Shown in pieces: positions 8,599 to 16,059 of a stretch of 32,000 nucleotides of DNA (positions are counted from its first letter, which is position 1; the number at the start of each line of letters is the position of its first letter). The notes below the pieces were generated by a model. The model had not been told where the DNA came from. It ran no database searches and saw nothing but the letters and a program-made list of their open reading frames with translations. The position numbers and the translations under genes are program-made. The DNA comes from Gammaproteobacteria bacterium. GTDB taxonomy: Bacteria; Pseudomonadota; Gammaproteobacteria; Chromatiales; Chromatiaceae. The stretch lies in the NCBI GenBank assembly GCA_030148485.1, contig JASBTJ010000025.1:23236-55235 (forward strand), given 5' to 3'.

Positions 8599-8610
8599 TA
8601 TGGTCGTGCA
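8599..8610. repeat. candidate distal att remnant (gapped copy of the tRNA-Lys 3' end region)
   Basis: TATGGT----CGTGCA at 8599-8610 matches TATGGTGGGTCGTGCA at 21612-21627, which is the tRNA 3' end plus 2 flanking nt. That is 12/12 identities with a 4-nt gap. Each copy is followed, in the minus direction, by a strong terminator. Confidence 0.3.
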
Positions 8611-8952
8611 CCAACCAAAAAACAACAATAACATACTGTTATTTATGAATAATAATAAATACGACGATAGCTAGAACCCCCATTAATACCCCCTCCAGTC
8701 ATTGCAGCCAGCGTCGAAACAGCGCATACGACAAGCGCTCCCAAGTTGCGCGGCAGCGCCATCAATAGCTCGCTCGTGCTACGGAATAAAGCATGCTGAG
8801 AGCCTATGGACTGGCCAAGTAGCTATGCTACTGGCGCACAGCACCGGCATTCCATACCATCCAAATAACATCGTGCCTTGACCGGTAAAGCTTCTCGACA
8901 AATACCTGCACGTACTGTCCGGCCGGGACCTCCTTACGAAGGAAATAGTCAG

Positions 8953-9150
8953 ATGTGGCTTTCTAAGCAGCAACTAGAAGACCTCACGAAACGGAAAACC
9001 GGCAAGGCCCAGTGTCGCGCGCTCGACTATCTTGGCATTCCGTATCGCGTAGGACTCGACGGGAAGCCGGTGGTGTTTGAACGAGACCTGACCGCCGAGA
9101 CTGACCCTGAGAAACGCACCGAACCAAACTGGGATGCACTGAAGAATTGA
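8953..9150 (+). CDS. DUF4224-like small phage/island protein
   Basis: Internal start of ORF 8878..9150 preceded by AAGGA. It reads MWLSKQQLEDLTKRKTGKAQCRALDYLGIPYRVGLDGKPVV, which resembles the DUF4224 pattern (L-x-x-x-E-L-x-x-L-T-x...Q...L...GIP...G-x-P-V). Confidence 0.55.
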   Translation: MWLSKQQLEDLTKRKTGKAQCRALDYLGIPYRVGLDGKPVVFERDLTAETDPEKRTEPNWDALKN

Positions 9151-9222
9151 AACGAGCGCAGTACATCTTCAACGCAGATCCCTACTGTAAATAAGCGCAC
9201 CTCGACAGCCCAAATCAGGTTA

Positions 9223-9534
9223 TCAATTGCTGGTTAATCCATTCTTCAGCCATTCGGAATAATATGCCAAGCGCTCCGCAACTAACCTGACATCGTGATT
9301 CGGTATGACCACCAGACGGGCCGCATCTGCCTGCAGTTCACCCGCCATGAGGTAAAGGCCTGCGATCAAGGTGGAGTTGCGAGGCGTATTGGCAATTTGG
9401 ATTTGCGCCCGCCGCATAGCAGCGGCTAGATGACGTTCGCATTCGCGCGATTTGGCTTTCGTTTGAGCGCCGTCGCTACGCTTTCCATCCATGTTCCGGC
9501 GGTCGTTGATGTAGGATACATTTGACATAGCCAA
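9223..9534 (-). CDS. hypothetical protein
   Basis: 103-aa ORF in the lower-GC arm of the island, divergent from the RHH gene. No family recognised. Confidence 0.45.
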   Translation of the reverse strand: MAMSNVSYINDRRNMDGKRSDGAQTKAKSRECERHLAAAMRRAQIQIANTPRNSTLIAGLYLMAGELQADAARLVVIPNHDVRLVAERLAYYSEWLKNGLTSN

Positions 9535-9549
9535 ATACCTTTTTCCAAT

Positions 9550-9617
9550 TTATTGTAAAGACAATTATTTTACTGCTATAAGGCCCTGTCAAGTATTTTT
9601 TGTCTTTACTACAATAA
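9550..9617. promoter_or_regulatory. inverted repeat in the divergent promoter region
   Basis: TTATTGTAAAGACA (9550-9563) pairs with TGTCTTTACTACAATAA (9601-9617). The arms are complementary apart from a 3-nt insertion in the right arm and bracket an AT-rich 37-nt spacer. Confidence 0.45.
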
Positions 9618-9621
9618 AGGC

Positions 9622-9801
9622 ATGGCTACTGAACAAAGAAGGCGCCGTGGCGCTCCAAGAAAAGCGGTTACCGCAAGCAAGTTGGTCAACATCCGCGTGA
9701 CGGAAGAACAGCATGCCGCATGGCACGCCGCCGCCATCCGAGACGGCTACAAATCCCTCGCCGCATGGATCAAGAATCTTGCCGACAACAAGTCAGCGTA
9801 A
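9622..9801 (+). CDS. small ribbon-helix-helix-like DNA-binding protein (59 aa, below the ORF-track cutoff)
   Basis: My own translation: MATEQRRRRGAPRKAVTASKLVNIRVTEEQHAAWHAAAIRDGYKSLAAWIKNLADNKSA. The basic N-terminus, a beta-strand (LVNIRVT) and two helices (EEQHAAWHAAA / SLAAWIKNL) fit a CopG/Arc/MobC-type RHH layout. Confidence 0.5.
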   Translation: MATEQRRRRGAPRKAVTASKLVNIRVTEEQHAAWHAAAIRDGYKSLAAWIKNLADNKSA

Positions 9802-9942
9802 CTCGTGATGCTCAATGAACATGAATGCACGGCGGCCCTTCGCCGTCAACAGCGTCAACATGCTCCATCGCGCGCGTGAGACAAGGCCTCATCATTAGCG
9901 TCGGCTTAAGTCTGACGTATACGTTGACGACAGGGGACTGAC

Positions 9943-10158
9943 ATGAATCAAACGACGAGTTCGCGGCAATGGCTGGTTGTTCTAGCAGTGGCACTCGGGC
10001 TAGCAGCTTGGGTGTTTCGGTACGATTTCACCTCTGCACATACGAAGTCTCCTGCCGGATTCGTGCTCGACCGATGGACCGGACAGGTCACGTTCGTGTC
10101 ATACCGTGGACAATTCACGTTGAAACGAAAAACATCCCCTGCCGATGCAGCTCGTTGA
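9943..10158 (+). CDS. small membrane-anchored hypothetical protein
   Basis: 71-aa ORF with AGGGGA Shine-Dalgarno and a single N-terminal TM helix (WLVVLAVALGLAAWVF). Confidence 0.45.
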   Translation: MNQTTSSRQWLVVLAVALGLAAWVFRYDFTSAHTKSPAGFVLDRWTGQVTFVSYRGQFTLKRKTSPADAAR

Positions 10159-10242
10159 TGAGCAACGGCCGTGATTCGCGTAGCCCGCCTGCCCACCCTA
10201 CGATACCCGGCGCCACCTTGTGCACAACGAGCGCGAGACGAA

Positions 10243-13200
10243 TCACCGGCCACCGTCGAACTGACGGATCGCTTGCCGCCGCAATTCCTTCGGCATCGTT
10301 CGTAGGAACCTGTCTTCTGCCGTCATCCGCTTATCCCTCAGCCGCCATTTGATCTGCTGCCTGTTGATGACAATGGGAAGCTGTGGATTGGCCTGATTCC
10401 ACTTCGCAAGCTCCTCCCGTGCTTCGCGAATCATGGTCTTGTCTCGTTCGAAGATCCCCTGTGCCCACTTGTCGGCGATAGCATCCTTCCGCAGCCGGTG
10501 CATATTTCTGTCCTCTGTCAGCATGCGCTTTGCCGCCTGAATCTTGGACACCCGATTGGGATGGAACCCGATCGCCTTCCACACAGATTCTCCGAGCGTT
10601 GCATCCGTGACCTTGCGGTCCTGCCAATCGCGGTACTCGCCGGTCCGCATCATGTCGATGCCCTGCGCGATATGTCCTATTGCACGCGGGGCCAACTCGC
10701 CTCCCGCGCTTTGCAGTTCCCCGCGCGCGACCTTTTCCGCGGCGCGCGTCGCGCTCTGGACTAGCGATCCCGCTGGGCCGAGCAATTCAGCAGTATCCCG
10801 CCCTTTGCTGGGATTGGACGGTACCAGCGCGCCGGTGCCGGGAATCAAATTTCCAAGCGATAACCGAGATTGCACATCGATGGGCATTCCGGGTATGCCG
10901 GACACGCCTTTGAGAAGAATATCGCCGAAGGTGTTGCCCAGCGTCTGGTGCGCCCACTCTTGCAGTTGGCGCTTGCTGTTGGTCGGGTACCCCATCCACT
11001 GTCCGATCGCGTCGATAATATCCTCCAGGTCTTCCGCGAAGGGCAGGCCCTCTAGCCCCGCACCAGCAACCAACAAGGCCAAGGCGATAGCCTTCTGCTT
11101 CGCGGGCAGGCGACCGATGAACTCCAGGTAGTTCACCAAGAACTGCTTGAAGGTGAACAGCGGCGCCCCGATGCCACGCGCCCAGTTTGGCCTGTTGTGG
11201 CGGGCGTATACGAACTGGGTTTCCTCGACGGCTTCCTTGGCGAAAGCGTAGGGGTCTGCCGCCCCTTTGCGTCGAGCAATGTCGTAGGCCGCATTGAATG
11301 TCAATAACCGGTTGTATTGTTCGGCTGTCTGGAAGAAGTATCCCCAGGCGTACAGCGCAATTTGTGCGGGTTGGCTTTGCAGCAGCTTTCCACCACCCAA
11401 TCGCCCACCCCTGGCCGTGGCCATCAGGTTGTATATCTCTTGGGGCGCTACGACGCCTTCTTCCTTGGCGCGTTTAATCGCTTCACGGTGAGCGGGGTCG
11501 GTTGGCGCCCGACCACTCATCCACTTTGCGACCTTGGCCGGTGCTGCTGCATCGAACTGCGTCAGATAAGGGACCGTGACCATCGGCACTTGGGTCAGGT
11601 TCGTGAGGGCCGATGAGATGGATCCGCCCAGGAAGTGAAAGAACATATAACTCCGGATGCCGGAGAATTCCTCGCGTGGATTTTGCAGGTAGTCAACCAG
11701 TCGCTGGGCCTGTTTTTGCACGTCCCCCTGCGACTTAGGAATATCCTGGACGGCTTGCAGCATGTCGCCCATGTTCAGGTTCTTAGAGGCGGCATTCGCG
11801 TTACTGAGTACGAATGAAGCCAGCACACGGCGTAAGTCATTGGAGAAGCCCGGTATCCCCTTCCGCGTAATCAGACGCTTGAGCGCTGAGCGGTTGTTTA
11901 CTGCATTCTTTAGGTATTCCTGCATCGCCGCGTCTTGATCGACACCAAGGTGGCGAGCGAACAGTTCAATGGTTTCTGGAGTCAACCCGGAATACAGCTT
12001 GAACGCCTCGTCGTTCAGCACCCCGGTTTCAATTTCCGCACCCGGGTATTCCGCGCGCATCATGCGAGTCATCCGGTTGGTTTCCGCCTTCGATTCGAAC
12101 ATGCCGAAGTAGACGCGCTTGCCGTCAGCGTCAACGACATCAACCGTGTACTTGCCAAAGCGTGTCAGCGGAAAATAGCCCTCGCGCTTTAACTTCTGTG
12201 CCTTGTTGGCGATCTTCACCAGGTCTTTACGGGACGCATCTACCAAGGCGATCTTTTTCTGCCACTTGGCGGCGCGGGCCTCAGCCCCATCCGTGCCCTT
12301 TGCTAATGCGAGGTTCTCTTCCAGTTCTTCCCGCACCTCGGAAAGGATCCGGTCCAAGTTCTCTTGCACTTCGAACACCGTCTCGGTGCCCTCGCCCAGG
12401 GCCATGTCACCAAGTTCCCGTGGCATACCCAGCTTGCGGGTCATGCGGACCATGGCTGTTTTTGTCAGATCGTCCAGCGAGTGGTGTGCCGATGCGATGA
12501 CCTGCCGGTACAGGCCGATCTGCTTGGCGTTCAGGCCAAATTGCTTAGACAGCTCTTCATCCGCATACACCTTCTGCTGCGCAATGGTTCCCTCGAATAC
12601 GGCGTTGGCCACCAATTCAAGGTCTGCCGTTCGAGCGTTGCCCGTCGTGGCGGCTTTCTTCAAGGTGTCGGACCGGCGGAAAAGATCAGGCGCAAGCCGC
12701 TCCGACCGAATGGCATAAGTTGACGTGTCCGTCATGTAGTCTTCGGCCAAGTTGTAGACCCGGGCGAAGTGGCTATTCTTCTTCGCCAGCCCGCGCATGG
12801 TGCCAACGGACTTCTGCCATAACGTGACCTTGCCGGGGCCGGTGAAGTGATCCTCGGCATATTGGGATGCTGAACGGGACAAATCCCGAACCGCCTTCAC
12901 CCCTTCCACGGGGTCAAAGCCGGATTGCAGGGTACCAGGGCCAGATGCGCCCTTGGGCGGCGTGAGGTCTAGCTGGCCGCCTTCTTCGCGTCCCCGTAAC
13001 GCCAAGGCAAATCCAGACCGGAGTCGTCCCAGCTCGGGATCCTCCCCGTTTCCAGCGCCTCGATCATGATCTGCTCGAGGGCGTCCCCCTGGCCGTCCAG
13101 GCTGACGTACCGCAACAGACCCTCGGGCAAAGGACCAAACCTTTCTCGATACGTCTCGTGTAACTGGATCGGATTCAGCTTGGAATAGTCCATGGTAGAC

Positions 13201-15987
13201 CTCGTAGGCTTTCGGCAGCGCGGCGCGCATCGCGGCCGGCTCTGCAAAGTAGATTACACCAAGTCGGGCAAACAGTTCTGCCTTCACGCGGTCATCGGGC
13301 AAAAGACCGCGGTCAGCAACCGGATACCGCAGCAATCGCGCCAATTCCCCGTTGTTGGAAACGTGGTCGATCGCCTCGCGGGCGATGTCGCCCTTATCCA
13401 AGTCGAGCCGAGGGCTGCTCGCACTGATCGTTCGATCCGCCCCGACCACATCCACGGCATGCAGCAATTCTTCCGCGACGAATGCGGCAGCGGTATCACG
13501 GTGTAGCTGGTACGCCGGGTCGAACTCCACTACGCGGTCATCAAGAGAAAACCGCATGGGAACACCGACAGGTAGCGCCTCATTCGGCACGAAATCCAGG
13601 CCCAGCCGAAGACCGGTGATCTTCTCGGCGTCGGCAATTGCGGTGCCCATGTCCACGGGATCGCTGCCCAATTCGCTGAACGCCGCCTGGGATTTGTTAC
13701 GGGCATCCAGCTTGCCGCTGTCGTTGCTCAGGCTCGCACCAGTGATGTCCTCGGCGTCATACCGCGCCGATGGCGTGAGCTTGCGTTGCCACGCCTGATT
13801 CTTTGGTGACCACCGAAACCCCTTCCCCTTGAGCGCCCGAATCGTCTCCTGCGGCGGCTTCTCGTCATGCTTGATGCGCAGCACACCGGCAGCGTGGTCA
13901 AGTTCGATATGGCCGTCCTCGAACGCGACCGATTCGCTCCCGCCGGTGGATTTTGCCGCGGCAGACTGCGATTCCAGGGCATCCACCCGCTGACGCAGCC
14001 GGCGAATCTCCGCATTGTTGTTGCTCAGCTCGAAGGTCTTGAAGCCGGTGCGGCCTGCGAAATCGGGCTTATTGAGGGCGTCGATTTGCTTGTCCGTCAG
14101 GCCAATATCCAGAAGCTGGGCGCGCTTTTCGCTGTCCTTCAGTTTCTTGCTGCGCAGTACCTTATTGGCCGCCTTCATCTGCTCTTGGGCCTTCTCGCGC
14201 TGGGCGAGCTTGCTCTTGGCTTGAGTGAGCTGTGCTTGGGTGCTGTTGTCGACCGGGCCTTTCGCCAGTTTCTTGAGCCGCTTCACGCCGCGCTCGTAGA
14301 AGGCCATCGCTTCATCAAGCCGCTTATCCGCCGAGCGCATGCGTTTCTCGTTGGCCGCCACCGGGAACTTCGCCGGGCCGGTGATGAACGCGCTGGCTAC
14401 CCGGCCATGTGCACTCAAGTAAGCGCGCAGCTTGTTCGCGTAGCTCTCCCGGAACTGGGGGAAGAATTTCGCAACCCGGGCCCGGCCCGCCTCATCCTTG
14501 ATGCTCGCTTCGACATCACGCCATGCCCGCACCATGTCTTGGACATATTCACGTCGGGCCAGATTGCCGCGCTTATCCGGCGTGTGGCTGGTATTCCGAT
14601 ACGCTTGATAGGCCAGATCGGCGGGGATGTCGTCCTCGACCACCTTCACCGGCAACTGAGTCTCAGCGATCTGTTTCACGCCTTCGTATTGCCCGTCGTG
14701 AACGGCTTGGGCCACCTCGTCAATCTCCGCGCCGCTGCGGGATACCTTCCCTTCGCGGGCCTTGTCCATCAAGGCCTGAACGTCGCCGAACGGATCGTCT
14801 CGGCCCAAGGCTTTGGCGCGCTCTGTGACGGATGCTTGGCCGGTGTCGGCGGCAGGTTGATCGACAGACTCAGGCTTCAGCTGCTCCGGACGGGCCGATT
14901 CGTCTGCCCGCGCTTCCCTGGTTTCCGGTGACTTGGGTTGCTCCTGCTCGGACGGCACAACAGGTTCGGACGGGCGACCAGAAGCCGACTGCGCTACATC
15001 TGATTTGCTTTCGGCCGAATCCGGCGTAATACTTTCATCAAGCTCTGGTTGATTCCGGCCCATCGCTTCGGGCGTATCTGCGACGCCTCCCTCGGGAGTA
15101 GCACGTAAGGGGGTACGGGTCTTCCTGAGCGTTTTCTTTGCAGGTTCCTGGATCAGTCCCTTGCGCGTGTACTTCACGCGGCCGTCGCCCAGGTCTTGCA
15201 TGTCGAACCGCTCGCGCAGTCCCATCTTGTTCAGGCCGCGCAGCCTGGTGGACTTCGGCATGATGATCTCGTCGATGGCATCGTCGGTCACCGCATCCAC
15301 CACGAATTCCTTCCCGCCCACGATGCCAGTTCCTGGTTTTTGGTGCTCCCGACCGCTCAGGGCGTCACCGCGGAACTTCACCAATACCCCCTTGTTCCCG
15401 CCCTGCCCAATCGCCAGCGACTCGTCATCAGTCACGAACATGCCATTGGGGCGAGGCGTAATGTTCTCGTTCTCAGGCTTGGTGCGGTTGTCCAACAGCA
15501 GACTGTCCAACCCATTTTCGTTTGTCTCGCGCCAGTAGCTCCCTGCCGGCAACGGATTCAGTTTGACCGTTGCGCCAAGCCCAATATTCAGGATCCTGCC
15601 AGACTCGATAACCGGGCGACGTTCCGGCAACTCAGTAGCCGCACTGCTATCCTGTGGCGAAGGCTCAGGCGGTGCAGGCTGGTCCTGCGCTGTCCGTGGC
15701 GTCGGCATTGCCACATCCACATTGCCCGGCATTGACCCGGTGCTGGCGTTCTTCGGCGCGGTCCACGCCGGTGGCGCCTGCTGGGGCTGTGGCTGCGCCT
15801 GGGCAGCCTGGACCACTTGGCGTTGGGGCTCGGCCTGCCGCTGGGCATTCGCTGGATCCAGGGCATCCCGGGCAGCCTGATCGACCTGCTTCGGATCCAC
15901 ATGGGCGTCCTCGATACGCCGGAGCACCTGGCCGCCCAGCCGCTCCTGGGGCGTGGCCACGTTGCCGGACGCACCGGCACCGACCAA
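10243..15987 (-). CDS. giant polyvalent-type protein, PLxRFG domain-containing (1914-codon segment downstream of an in-frame TAG)
   Basis: Uninterrupted 5745-nt frame. FPLTRFGKY (PLxRFG motif) is encoded at 12154-12171. A DUF3560-like motif, VAFEDGHIELD...KPPQETIRALKGKGFRWSPKNQAWQR, is encoded at about 13780-13960. P/Q-rich and acidic linkers separate globular blocks. The C-terminal ~900 aa contain hydrophobic helices. The only start is a TTG, and the 24 codons upstream stay open and look coding. Confidence 0.8.
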   Translation of the reverse strand: MVGAGASGNVATPQERLGGQVLRRIEDAHVDPKQVDQAARDALDPANAQRQAEPQRQVVQAAQAQPQPQQAPPAWTAPKNASTGSMPGNVDVAMPTPRTAQDQPAPPEPSPQDSSAATELPERRPVIESGRILNIGLGATVKLNPLPAGSYWRETNENGLDSLLLDNRTKPENENITPRPNGMFVTDDESLAIGQGGNKGVLVKFRGDALSGREHQKPGTGIVGGKEFVVDAVTDDAIDEIIMPKSTRLRGLNKMGLRERFDMQDLGDGRVKYTRKGLIQEPAKKTLRKTRTPLRATPEGGVADTPEAMGRNQPELDESITPDSAESKSDVAQSASGRPSEPVVPSEQEQPKSPETREARADESARPEQLKPESVDQPAADTGQASVTERAKALGRDDPFGDVQALMDKAREGKVSRSGAEIDEVAQAVHDGQYEGVKQIAETQLPVKVVEDDIPADLAYQAYRNTSHTPDKRGNLARREYVQDMVRAWRDVEASIKDEAGRARVAKFFPQFRESYANKLRAYLSAHGRVASAFITGPAKFPVAANEKRMRSADKRLDEAMAFYERGVKRLKKLAKGPVDNSTQAQLTQAKSKLAQREKAQEQMKAANKVLRSKKLKDSEKRAQLLDIGLTDKQIDALNKPDFAGRTGFKTFELSNNNAEIRRLRQRVDALESQSAAAKSTGGSESVAFEDGHIELDHAAGVLRIKHDEKPPQETIRALKGKGFRWSPKNQAWQRKLTPSARYDAEDITGASLSNDSGKLDARNKSQAAFSELGSDPVDMGTAIADAEKITGLRLGLDFVPNEALPVGVPMRFSLDDRVVEFDPAYQLHRDTAAAFVAEELLHAVDVVGADRTISASSPRLDLDKGDIAREAIDHVSNNGELARLLRYPVADRGLLPDDRVKAELFARLGVIYFAEPAAMRAALPKAYEVYHGLFQAESDPVTRDVSRKVWSFARGSVAVRQPGRPGGRPRADHDRGAGNGEDPELGRLRSGFALALRGREEGGQLDLTPPKGASGPGTLQSGFDPVEGVKAVRDLSRSASQYAEDHFTGPGKVTLWQKSVGTMRGLAKKNSHFARVYNLAEDYMTDTSTYAIRSERLAPDLFRRSDTLKKAATTGNARTADLELVANAVFEGTIAQQKVYADEELSKQFGLNAKQIGLYRQVIASAHHSLDDLTKTAMVRMTRKLGMPRELGDMALGEGTETVFEVQENLDRILSEVREELEENLALAKGTDGAEARAAKWQKKIALVDASRKDLVKIANKAQKLKREGYFPLTRFGKYTVDVVDADGKRVYFGMFESKAETNRMTRMMRAEYPGAEIETGVLNDEAFKLYSGLTPETIELFARHLGVDQDAAMQEYLKNAVNNRSALKRLITRKGIPGFSNDLRRVLASFVLSNANAASKNLNMGDMLQAVQDIPKSQGDVQKQAQRLVDYLQNPREEFSGIRSYMFFHFLGGSISSALTNLTQVPMVTVPYLTQFDAAAPAKVAKWMSGRAPTDPAHREAIKRAKEEGVVAPQEIYNLMATARGGRLGGGKLLQSQPAQIALYAWGYFFQTAEQYNRLLTFNAAYDIARRKGAADPYAFAKEAVEETQFVYARHNRPNWARGIGAPLFTFKQFLVNYLEFIGRLPAKQKAIALALLVAGAGLEGLPFAEDLEDIIDAIGQWMGYPTNSKRQLQEWAHQTLGNTFGDILLKGVSGIPGMPIDVQSRLSLGNLIPGTGALVPSNPSKGRDTAELLGPAGSLVQSATRAAEKVARGELQSAGGELAPRAIGHIAQGIDMMRTGEYRDWQDRKVTDATLGESVWKAIGFHPNRVSKIQAAKRMLTEDRNMHRLRKDAIADKWAQGIFERDKTMIREAREELAKWNQANPQLPIVINRQQIKWRLRDKRMTAEDRFLRTMPKELRRQAIRQFDGGR
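12969..13193 (-). CDS. embedded alternative-frame ORF (74 aa) inside the giant gene; status uncertain
   Basis: ATG preceded by GAGGT 5 nt upstream. It reads MDYSKLNPIQLHETYRERFGPLPEGLLRYVSLDGQGDALEQIMIEALETGRIPSWDDSGLDLPWRYGDAKKAAS. By hand count its third-position G+C is 59/74. Over the same stretch the giant-ORF frame scores 36/80 and translates as R/G/P-rich low complexity. Confidence 0.45.
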   Translation of the reverse strand: MDYSKLNPIQLHETYRERFGPLPEGLLRYVSLDGQGDALEQIMIEALETGRIPSWDDSGLDLPWRYGDAKKAAS

Positions 15988-16059
15988 CGCCCCGATGGCC
16001 GCCGACTCCCCAACGCCCTCGCCTGCGGGACGCCCGGTTTCCCGGTTGGATATGACCTG

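Noticed and set aside
8251-8634. 127-aa minus ORF and a 44-aa plus ORF (8419-8553) in the 650-nt spacer between the AbiE-like pair and the island arm
   Set aside because: The 127-aa translation is Cys/Trp/Arg-rich and runs through the terminator hairpin and the operator. The 44-aa ORF has no ribosome-binding site and nothing recognisable. The region is better explained as promoter/operator, terminator and att junction DNA.
13450-13479. VAEELLHAVD as a zincin HExxH metalloprotease motif in the giant protein
   Set aside because: The sequence is E-E-L-L-H, not H-E-x-x-H. The first His is missing, so no catalytic assignment can be made from sequence alone.
10243-15987. Giant ORF as an RTX/adhesin/NRPS-type protein
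   Set aside because: It has no tandem Ig/cadherin/RTX nonapeptide repeats, no signal peptide, and no condensation/adenylation motifs. The context (integrase, AlpA, replication genes) and the PLxRFG/DUF3560-like motifs point to a mobile-element polyvalent protein instead.
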